Of a stretch of DNA of 64,000 nt, positions 56,364 through 64,000 are shown piece by piece. The DNA comes from Desulfovibrio sp. (GTDB taxonomy: Bacteria > Desulfobacterota > Desulfovibrionia > Desulfovibrionales > Desulfovibrionaceae): assembly GCF_034006445.1 (NCBI RefSeq), contig NZ_JAVESS010000010.1, positions 28,933-92,932 of the forward strand. Direction: 5' to 3'. The position numbers were made by a program, and so were the translations under genes. Under the pieces are notes generated by a model. That model saw only the letters and a program-made list of their open reading frames with translations, was not told the DNA's origin and ran no database searches. Each line of letters opens with the position of its first letter. Position 1 is the stretch's first letter.

Positions 56364-57302
56364 CTACAACCGAATATCGATTACCGCTTTTTTGCGCAAT
56401 TGTCCCGTATAATCGTCAAAGCGTTCCATGGCCTTTGGCTGACGCAGGATGGCGTCGATCTGCGGCTTGGCCTCTTCAAGCGTGAGTATTTTCAGCTCAC
56501 TGCCGCCGCCAGGACGGAAAAGATGCACCTGCGCCTTGTGCCCCTGAAGGTCAAAGACTTCGGTCACATCGCCGGGCTTCATCTTGGTGAGCCGTCCTTC
56601 CCATTCGGGGTTCAGGCGATCCCATTCCACCGGCCCCATATCGCCGCCCTTTTCCTTGTTGGGCGCGATGGAATACTTCAGCGCGGCTTCTTCAAAGGTC
56701 AGCGCCCCGGAGCGTATCTGAGCGGCAATGGAGGCGGCGTTGACCTTGGGCGAATAGACCAGAACCCCCATGTGCAGACCGCTGCGGTCGTACATGGTGG
56801 ATTTGTGGGCCTCATAGTATGCCTTAATTTCCTCTGGCGTGACCACAACCTTGCGGCCCACTTCCATACTCATGATCTTCTGGCGCAACAGCGACTTTTC
56901 GATGTTGCCGCGCAATTCGGCCACGCTGCTCTTCTGGCGCGTGAGCTGCTCCTCAAACTGCTGCTTGGTCATGTTGCGGCCCTGCATCAGTTTGGCGATC
57001 TCATTGTCGATTTCCGAAGGAGAAATGCTGACTTTCAGTCTTTTGGCTTCCTGGGCGATGAGAATATCCATAATCATCAGATCCAGAACCTTGCGAAAAA
57101 CCGTGTCCACCTGCTTGGCGTTGGCCGGATTTTCGGGGTTAAGCCCGGACCGGATAATGTCAGGCAACGCATTTTTTTGCAGGTCAAACATGGTAATGAC
57201 TTGTCCGTTGACAACAGCAGCCACCTTATTAAGCTGTGCGGCCTGCACGCCGCATGCGGTTGTAAGCATGATCGCCAGCAGCAAAACAAGTATTTTCCTC
57301 AC
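56364..57302 (-). CDS. surA: SurA-like periplasmic chaperone/PPIase
   Basis: VAAVVNGQVIT, parvulin-like FEEAALKYS...KGGDMG; GTG start. Confidence 0.8.
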   Translation of the reverse strand: MRKILVLLLAIMLTTACGVQAAQLNKVAAVVNGQVITMFDLQKNALPDIIRSGLNPENPANAKQVDTVFRKVLDLMIMDILIAQEAKRLKVSISPSEIDNEIAKLMQGRNMTKQQFEEQLTRQKSSVAELRGNIEKSLLRQKIMSMEVGRKVVVTPEEIKAYYEAHKSTMYDRSGLHMGVLVYSPKVNAASIAAQIRSGALTFEEAALKYSIAPNKEKGGDMGPVEWDRLNPEWEGRLTKMKPGDVTEVFDLQGHKAQVHLFRPGGGSELKILTLEEAKPQIDAILRQPKAMERFDDYTGQLRKKAVIDIRL

Positions 57303-57436
57303 AGAGATTCTCCCTCGTGCAAAGCGCGGTGCGCCTGTTTATCTTTCGATTTTTAGCCCAAAACAGCATGACATGCAATGACCGCCTGGCGGGCTTACAG
57401 ACCCTGCCGGTCACGCCTGTCGGACGCCCCCGTTTT

Positions 57437-58660
57437 TTATGGCCCGTCTGTTCCGCCGCCTCCCTCGGGGGCGTTCAATCCATCTCCGCCGTCCGCCGGA
57501 GCGGAGCCGACATCGTCGGAACCGTTGACGCCGCCGCGCACGGCCGGGCCTGCGGCGTCGCCGGGAGTGTCATCGCCCATGGCCGATCTGGCGGAGGGCG
57601 GCGTTAGCAGGCCGGCCATGAGATCCGGATTCACGCGAACCTTCGCCCGGCCCAGCGCCGTGGTCAGCCAGCTTTCAAAGGCGGCATCCTTGCGCTGCTG
57701 TTGCAAAATGTTTTCAATGAGCGGGTAGGCGTCGGCCATGCCCATGGTATGGGCGGCGTTGCGCTCCTTCAGGGCAAGACCGTACCAGCGTCCGTCTTCC
57801 TGAACAGGGGCGGCGCACTGGCCGGGCGCGAGTTTTTCAGCTTTTTTCAGCCAGGCAGGCGGCAACTGGGCCGCGCTGATTTCCTGGCACTGCACCATGA
57901 GGTTTGCGGGTGGCTCTTTTTCAACAGGATGGCCAGAGGTGAAGGCGCTGCAAAATGCCTGAACAGGTTGGGATTCTAGGGAGGAAATCAGGCAAACGTC
58001 CAGAATTTCGGGCAAGGCGAACTCTGCTTCGTGTTCCTTGTAATAGGAGCGCACATCGCTCAGAGAAATGCGGATGCCGGGCAAAAGGATGCGCTTTTCA
58101 AAGCTCTGCATGGCCAGAAGGTCGCGCATGAGCACGCGCCATTCATTTTCATCCAGTGATTCGTCGGCCAGAAAACGCGCCAGCCCTTCCTCGCCGCCGT
58201 AGTCCTCCCTGACAGTCGCCACGGCGGCTTTAAGGGCGGCGTCCGTCACGGGAATCTGCAAGTCACGCAAATCCTGGCGCACCAGAGTGTAAATGATCAG
58301 CGTGCCCAGCGCGTCGCCGTACTGACGCTTCATGTTTTCGAGGGAAGGCCGCTGCAGGGTGCCCAGAGCGGTGGAGCGGCTGTCCAGCAGGGCCTGCACC
58401 GTGCGCAGGTAGATGGGTTCTCCGTTGACAGTGGCCACCACGCCTTCAGGCAGGCGGGCCTCAAAGCAGGCGCACAGCAGAAGGCAGCATGCCACGAGCG
58501 CCAGACGTGCCGCCAGAAATACGCCCTTGCGTCCCGGCCCTGCGGCAAAAGCCGCCCCGTGCCCCGGACGCGCCGACGCCACCGGGGCGCAGCCGGAAAC
58601 CGGGAGCGGCAGCATGTCATGCTGACCGGGCGTGGCAGAAATGATCAGGGGCATGGGCAT
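57437..58660 (-). CDS. SurA N-terminal domain / peptidyl-prolyl isomerase-like lipoprotein
   Basis: LLLCAC lipobox-like, VATVNGEPI, VRSYYKEH; start uncertain. Confidence 0.72.
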   Translation of the reverse strand: MPMPLIISATPGQHDMLPLPVSGCAPVASARPGHGAAFAAGPGRKGVFLAARLALVACCLLLCACFEARLPEGVVATVNGEPIYLRTVQALLDSRSTALGTLQRPSLENMKRQYGDALGTLIIYTLVRQDLRDLQIPVTDAALKAAVATVREDYGGEEGLARFLADESLDENEWRVLMRDLLAMQSFEKRILLPGIRISLSDVRSYYKEHEAEFALPEILDVCLISSLESQPVQAFCSAFTSGHPVEKEPPANLMVQCQEISAAQLPPAWLKKAEKLAPGQCAAPVQEDGRWYGLALKERNAAHTMGMADAYPLIENILQQQRKDAAFESWLTTALGRAKVRVNPDLMAGLLTPPSARSAMGDDTPGDAAGPAVRGGVNGSDDVGSAPADGGDGLNAPEGGGGTDGP

Positions 58661-58751
58661 CCTCTTTTGACGTCGGCCGGAGCAAAATGCAGCCGGAACG
58701 AAACGCAGCCGGAGCGAAATGCAGCCGGAACGGCCTGGGCTTTGGCCCAGG

Positions 58752-61700
58752 TCAGGCCGAAACCTTTGCCGCAACTGGTATGCGTATGTCTTCCAGTGCC
58801 TGACGCAATCTGTCAAGCCCCTGCGCAAGGGGAACGTCTTTTTCCAGCGTCAGCGCAAGGCCCGCCGGGGGGTGGACGCGCGCGCCCGGCAGGGACGCGG
58901 CAAGAGCCACAATGCGCTCCGGCTGCACGGCCGTCTGGCCGTCCGGCCAGGTCAGGCGCACGGATTCGCGGCGCACCTCGGCCTTCTGCACCTGAAGTTC
59001 CGTAAGAAACTGCTTGAAGTCCAGCACGGCCAGGAAGTTTGCCAGCTCTTCGGGGAATGGCCCGAAACGGTCGCGGATGGACAGGGCCGTTTCTTCACGC
59101 GCGGCCCCGCCGGAAGCCGAGGTAAGGGCCTTGTAGCAGCGCAGCCGTTCGCGTCCGTCGTCAATGTACGACGCGGGAATATGCGCCGGAAGGCCCAGCG
59201 TCAGTTCCGTTTCTGTCACAATGCTTTCGGGCATGCCCTTGAGGCGGCCCACGGCTTCCTCCAGCATTTCAAGGTACAGGTCAAGGCCCACGCGGCACAT
59301 GTGCCCGGACTGTACTTCGCCCAGAATATTGCCCGCGCCGCGCAGGCGCAGGTCTTCCATGGCCACCTGAAAGCCCGCGCCCAGGTAGTCCATGTCCATA
59401 ATGATGCGCAGGCGCTCCTCGGCCACGGCAGTGAGGCGCTCGGCGTCGGGCACCACAAAAAAGGCGTATGCCTGCCTGTCGCTGCGGCCCACGCGGCCGC
59501 GCAGCTGGTACAGTTGCCCCAGGCCGAACATCTGGGCCTGATCCACCACCAGGGTGTTGGCGCGGGGAAAGTCCAGGCCGGATTCCACTATGGACGTGCA
59601 TACCAGCACATCCAGTTCGCCATGCCAGAACTTGTGCATGGTGTCTTCAAGCTCGGTTTCGGACATCTGGCCGTGGGCCATGCCCACACGGGCCGCAGGA
59701 ACAAGCCCGCGCACGTATTCCGCCACGCGCTCCAGCCCCTGCACACGGTTGTAGACCCAGAATATCTGGCCTTCACGCTCCATTTCGCGTTCCATCACCT
59801 TGCGCAGCACGTTGTCGTCCCTGCGCAGCACGGCGCTGGCCACGGGTTTGCGGTCCTGCGGCGCTGTTTCGATGATGGAAAGCTCGCGGATGCCCGACAT
59901 GGAAAGCTGCAGGGTACGCGGAATGGGCGTGGCCGTGAGCGTCAGCACATCCACGTTTTTTTTGAGGGCCTTGAGCTTTTCTTTATGGCGCACGCCAAAC
60001 CGCTGTTCTTCATCAAGAATGAGCAGGGTCAGATTGGGCAGCTTCACGTCGGTGGACAAAATGCGGTGGGTACCGATGAGGATGTCCACCTGCCCGGCGG
60101 CAGCGGCCTTGAGCACTTCTTTTTGTTTGGGGCGCGTCACAAAACGGCTGAGCAGGCCCACATTGACGGGAAAGCCCGCCAGGCGCGCCCTGAAAGTCTG
60201 GTAATGCTGTTCGGCCAGCACGGTGGTGGGGCAGAGCATGGCCACCTGCCGCCCCTCTGAGGCGGCGCGGAAGGCGGCTCGCAGGGCCACCTCTGTTTTG
60301 CCGAAGCCCACGTCGCCGCACACAAGACGATCCATGGGGCTTGACTTGTCCATATCGTCCAGCACGTCCTGGATGGCCTTGGCCTGATCCGGGGTTTCCT
60401 CAAAGCCGAAGGTGGCCTCGAATTCGTGATACAGCTCGCCGGGCGGGTCGTAGCGGAAGCCCTTGGTGACCTTGCGGTAGGCGTACATCTCCACCAGGTC
60501 GGCGGCGATTTTTTCAATGGCCTTGCGGGCTTTTTCCTTGCCGACCACCCAGGCGGCGCCGCCCAGGCGGTCAAGGGCTGGCTCCACGCCTTCCGTGCCC
60601 TTGAAGCGCTGGATAAGCCCCAGCCTGTCCGCAGGCACGTAGAGCTTGTCCTTGCCGGAATACTCCACCAGCAGAAAATCGTTGGCCGCCGCGTTGAGAT
60701 CCAGATGGTGCAGGCCCGCAAAACGCCCGATGCCGTAATCGCGGTGTACCAGAAGATCGCCGGGCTTGAGGTCGTCAAAAGTGTCCAGACCCTTGAATAC
60801 GCGGGAAGAAACCCGGGGCGTTTTTTCGGCCTTGGGGTAGAGGATGTCCTCGCCGAGCACCAGGGTGCCGTCCCAGACAAGGTCTGCGCCCGACCTGAAG
60901 GGTGAAACAAGGGCAAAAAGTCCCTTCTGTTCCGGCGCGTAGCGCAGGGCGGGCACAATGCCGTCCTGCTCGGCCAGTTTCAGAAACTTTGCCCGGCTTC
61001 TGCCTGACGAAAAACTGAGAACCACCTGGCGGCGGCTGTTGCGCCACTCCTTGAGAGCCGTGGAGAGGTGCTGCCAGGGGCGGTCTTGCGCGCCCGGCAG
61101 GGGAAAGAGGTCAGTAAAGGAGTGCAGGGGACGTTCGGCCAGGTCAAGGCCGCGCTCTTCGACGCCCATGACCAGAGGTTCGGCGTAGATACGCTGAAAG
61201 CCGTTCCAGGGCGCGGGCTGCGAGCTTTTGCGCAAGGTGAGCGTAGCGGGTTGCGGCAGGGGGGAGTCCGGGGCCTCCAGCCTTTCCTTGAGGCTCAGGC
61301 GGCCGTCGCGCAGGGCGTCGGCGCTGTCGGCCTCGCCGGGCAAGAGCCACAGACTGTCCTTGGGCAGCCAGTCTTCAATGAAACTTGTGGTTTCAAGCAC
61401 GCTGCCGGGCAAAAGTCCCAGGCCGCCGCTGTCCAGCGATTTTTTGAAGGAATAGCACTCGTTTTCGCCAATGCGGCCTTCGGCGAACATGCGGTCGCAA
61501 CGATCGCGCGCCGTTGCCAGGGCTTTGGCGTCAAGCGCCAGCGGGCTGGCGGGAAGGAGCGTCAGTTCGTCGCAGCCCTGCAGGGAGCGCTGGCTTTCAG
61601 CGTCAAAAACGCGCATCTCATCCAGGGTGTCGCCAAAAAACTCCAGGCGCACGGGCTTGGCGTAGCCAGCGGGAAAAATATCGAGGATATCACCCCGGCG

Positions 61701-62207
61701 CGCCATTTCTCCGGGCCGGGTGACCATGGTCACGCGCTCGTAGCCCCATTCCACGGCCTGATCCAGCAGCAGTTCGGGCGCGTAATCGCTGCCCTTGCGC
61801 AGGTCAAGGTTGCGTGAGGCGAAGAAATTCAGGGGCACATGACGCAGCAAAAGACTTTCAACACTGCACACGAGACAACGCGGCTGCCCGAGACCAAGGC
61901 CATACAGGGCGGCCAGGCGCGCTGCCCACGAGGCTCTGTCCTGCCGCTGGTTCAAGGCGGGCAGGGCCAGGCACGGGCTGCGCCACAGGGGTTCGGACAG
62001 GGGCTTTTCGCCCAGGGAAAGTTCCGGGGTAAAGAGCGTCAGCAGTGCGCGGGCAAGCGTATACTCTTCACGTTCGCGCGCCACCAGAACAACCGTGCGC
62101 CCACGGGTCATGGCCTCAACGGCGAGACGACAGCGCGTGGCCATACCGCTGCGCTCGATATATATCTGATTTTCCTGACTTGCCAGTACTGCGTTAAAAA
62201 TGTCCAT
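58752..62207 (-). CDS. mfd: Transcription-repair coupling factor
   Basis: RGDILDIF, VHRDYGIG, FEETPDQ, CGDVGFGKT, DEEQRFGV, LYQLRGRVGR, DLRLRGAGNILG; start 62207 or 62249. Confidence 0.96.
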   Translation of the reverse strand: MDIFNAVLASQENQIYIERSGMATRCRLAVEAMTRGRTVVLVAREREEYTLARALLTLFTPELSLGEKPLSEPLWRSPCLALPALNQRQDRASWAARLAALYGLGLGQPRCLVCSVESLLLRHVPLNFFASRNLDLRKGSDYAPELLLDQAVEWGYERVTMVTRPGEMARRGDILDIFPAGYAKPVRLEFFGDTLDEMRVFDAESQRSLQGCDELTLLPASPLALDAKALATARDRCDRMFAEGRIGENECYSFKKSLDSGGLGLLPGSVLETTSFIEDWLPKDSLWLLPGEADSADALRDGRLSLKERLEAPDSPLPQPATLTLRKSSQPAPWNGFQRIYAEPLVMGVEERGLDLAERPLHSFTDLFPLPGAQDRPWQHLSTALKEWRNSRRQVVLSFSSGRSRAKFLKLAEQDGIVPALRYAPEQKGLFALVSPFRSGADLVWDGTLVLGEDILYPKAEKTPRVSSRVFKGLDTFDDLKPGDLLVHRDYGIGRFAGLHHLDLNAAANDFLLVEYSGKDKLYVPADRLGLIQRFKGTEGVEPALDRLGGAAWVVGKEKARKAIEKIAADLVEMYAYRKVTKGFRYDPPGELYHEFEATFGFEETPDQAKAIQDVLDDMDKSSPMDRLVCGDVGFGKTEVALRAAFRAASEGRQVAMLCPTTVLAEQHYQTFRARLAGFPVNVGLLSRFVTRPKQKEVLKAAAAGQVDILIGTHRILSTDVKLPNLTLLILDEEQRFGVRHKEKLKALKKNVDVLTLTATPIPRTLQLSMSGIRELSIIETAPQDRKPVASAVLRRDDNVLRKVMEREMEREGQIFWVYNRVQGLERVAEYVRGLVPAARVGMAHGQMSETELEDTMHKFWHGELDVLVCTSIVESGLDFPRANTLVVDQAQMFGLGQLYQLRGRVGRSDRQAYAFFVVPDAERLTAVAEERLRIIMDMDYLGAGFQVAMEDLRLRGAGNILGEVQSGHMCRVGLDLYLEMLEEAVGRLKGMPESIVTETELTLGLPAHIPASYIDDGRERLRCYKALTSASGGAAREETALSIRDRFGPFPEELANFLAVLDFKQFLTELQVQKAEVRRESVRLTWPDGQTAVQPERIVALAASLPGARVHPPAGLALTLEKDVPLAQGLDRLRQALEDIRIPVAAKVSA

Positions 62208-62377
62208 TAACCCGTTCCATTGACCTGGCTGTTCTTCTTGCACGGCCATGACGCGCGCGAACGATCTGCACAAAGTTTTAAATGACGTGTTGTTATGAAG
62301 CCCTAAAAAAAGGCTGCCGTAAAGTGACAAGGGGGCGGCCCTAAAGCCGCCCCCGGTCAACCGTATCTGTCGTTTTT

Positions 62378-62698
62378 CTAGTTGGTGCCGCAGCCGCCGC
62401 CGCAGCCGGAGCAACCGCCCTCGCTCTGAGGCAGGGGCACGTTGGGCTCCACCATAAAGCCCATAGGGGTGAGGTCGATTTTCACGCCTTCAACCTGGGC
62501 CAGCAGGTCCTTGTTGATGCAGAAGGTGAAGCCGCCCTGTTCATCGCTCTGGTCCTCATCTGTGGCGGCGTCGAGGGCCAGCGCAAGGCGCGGGCCGCTG
62601 CAACCGCCGGGGGCAAGGTATATGCGGATGTCGCTTTTGTCCTTGCCTTCAAAGTAGGCTGCCAGTTCTTTTTGAGCGCTTTCGGTAAGTTCGAGCAT
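62378..62698 (-). CDS. IscA/HesB-like protein, Cys form
   Basis: IRIYLAPGGCSGPRLALALD; C-terminal CSGCGGGC. Confidence 0.88.
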   Translation of the reverse strand: MLELTESAQKELAAYFEGKDKSDIRIYLAPGGCSGPRLALALDAATDEDQSDEQGGFTFCINKDLLAQVEGVKIDLTPMGFMVEPNVPLPQSEGGCSGCGGGCGTN

Positions 62699-62789
62699 GG
62701 TTCCTCCATGATTTTTTCGGGTATTTATATATTCCGAAAAACAGGCTGAGATGCTTCATCGGCTGACGGGGAACCAGGCCCGTTTCGAT

Positions 62790-62940
62790 TGGAGCATTTA
62801 ACCTTTGAAAAAAGGTAAGTGCTCCAACGCTGCACGAAAGTGCAGCGCGCCACAGCGTGGCGTGGATTCTGCCGAAAATCGCAGTTTTCGGCAGAATGAC
62901 AACTTTGAAATGCTTCACATTTCAAAGTTGATCTGGCCTA
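62790..62940. mobile_element. MITE-like element, family C copy 3 (inverted, 151 bp)
   Basis: Reverse complement of 31188-31338 with substitutions; end TA lies in the stop codon of the selenoprotein gene. Confidence 0.82.
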
Positions 62941-63252
62941 GTGGCTTCCGCAGCTTGAGCAGCTGCTGCAACCATCGCCTTCTGAAGCAAAGGGCACGTC
63001 TGGTATGAGCGTGAACCCCATGTAAGTTAAATCAACGGAAACTCCCTTCACTTCATCAAGCAAAGACTTGTTCATGCAGAAGGTGTATCCAGCCTGTTCC
63101 TCGGTTGTATCCTGGTCATTCGGCTCGTCCAGAGCCAGAGCGAGGCGCGGGCCGCCTCAACCAGCCGAGAGGTAAATCCGAATCGGATCCTTTTTCTTGT
63201 CCGCAAAGAAGGTATCAAGCTCCTTGCGGGCAGTGTCGGTCAATTGAATCAT
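62938..63252 (-). CDS. HesB-like selenoprotein (104 aa, UGA at codon 32); absent from the ORF track
   Basis: MIQLTDTARKELDTFFADKKKDPIRIYLSAG-U-GGPRLALALDEP...GCSSCSSCGSH; TGA at 63157-63159 aligns with Cys of the adjacent paralog; RBS GGAGG; hairpin after the UGA. Confidence 0.9.
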
Positions 63253-63379
63253 GGTGTCCTCCATATTTCTGGTGCCATAGTAACTAAGGCCATGCTTCTG
63301 GCTTGTCAATTGCCGGGGGCCTTTTCTTCAATCACAAAAAGCGGTAGGGTTTTGCCAGGCAGATGCCACGGGAGGAAAC

Positions 63380-63919
63380 ATGAACACAACCCTGCTGCTT
63401 GAGCAGCACGAAATGGCACGTATGCTGGAACGCCTGGCGTCCCAGATTATGGAGCGCCACGCCAAGTGCGACCATGTCATGCTGGTCGGTATTGAACGCC
63501 GCGGCGCTGATCTCGCCCGCCGCCTGTCCGCCCTGCTTGAGGATCGCCTTGGGCATCCCGTGCTGCTGGGCACGCTGGACATAAACCTCTACCGCGACGA
63601 CTGGACAAGCCTTGAAGGCAAACCCCACATCGGGCAGTCGCGTATACCGGCCAGCGTTGACGGGCGCGTCATCATTCTTGTTGATGACGTGCTGTACACT
63701 GGGCGCACCATACGTGCCGCCCTGGAGGCCCTGTTGGACTACGGACGCCCCATGGCGGTGGAATTGCTGGCCCTCATTGACAGAGGGCGCCGCGAGCTGC
63801 CCATCCACGCGGATTATGTGGGCCGCACGGTCAATACCAGCCGCCATGAACGCGTTGACGTGCTGCTGGCTGAACGGGACGGACAGGACGCCGTACACCT
63901 GACGGCAAGTCCCGTATAG
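63380..63919 (+). CDS. pyrR: Bifunctional pyr operon regulator / uracil phosphoribosyltransferase
   Basis: LDINLYRDD, ILVDDVLYTGRTIRAAL, DRGRRELPIHADYVG. Confidence 0.95.
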   Translation: MNTTLLLEQHEMARMLERLASQIMERHAKCDHVMLVGIERRGADLARRLSALLEDRLGHPVLLGTLDINLYRDDWTSLEGKPHIGQSRIPASVDGRVIILVDDVLYTGRTIRAALEALLDYGRPMAVELLALIDRGRRELPIHADYVGRTVNTSRHERVDVLLAERDGQDAVHLTASPV

Positions 63920-64000
63920 TATATAGTGTGCAATGGCGGCAGGCGGCTTGGCAAAAATGCCGCCCGTCTGCATGAATCATCCGGCCGTTACGTGCGGCCC

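Noticed and set aside
63157-63159. Nonsense mutation (pseudogene) in the HesB-like gene
   Set aside because: The TGA falls exactly on the conserved Cys, the rest of the frame is intact, and a SECIS-like hairpin follows
1558-63973. Many long antisense or alternate-frame ORFs (e.g. 1558-2487, 5034-6329, 22442-23647, 44301-45452, 51756-53111, 58719-60260, 63332-63973)
   Set aside because: They overlap well-supported genes, have no recognisable motifs, and are expected shadows in GC-rich DNA

Overview
A 64-kb chromosomal window from a GC-rich sulfate reducer. The gene set (frdAB, ferredoxin, rubrerythrin with a PerR-like box, HesB-like proteins, cobT, speA, glyQS, mfd) points to Desulfovibrio; this is an inference, not a database match. 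The housekeeping backbone is interrupted by two accessory blocks. (1) A ~20-kb metal/cofactor-acquisition island (4563-24233) with two TonB-dependent receptors, two FecCD-type ABC systems, two TonB proteins, two FmdE-family zinc-finger proteins, two related SAM methyltransferases, a DUF364 protein and a 5'-nucleotidase. One operon has a NikR-type operator (GTGTTAC-N13-GTGTTAC) overlapping its -10 box, and its permease has a His/Cys tandem-repeat N-terminus. (2) A lower-GC four-gene cassette (40053-43735) of exported/membrane proteins ending in a divergent trypsin-like protease. The ORF track misses a HesB-like selenoprotein gene (62938-63252, in-frame UGA plus SECIS-like hairpin) in tandem with its Cys paralog. 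Intergenic DNA carries at least 11 TA-bounded MITE/ERIC-like elements in four families and two tandem-repeat arrays (12573-13596). One tRNA-Arg(ACG) is present. No CRISPR array, transposase or integrase was seen. Several start codons were moved from the ORF track using RBS and stop/start overlaps. Family and regulator assignments are from motif recognition by eye.
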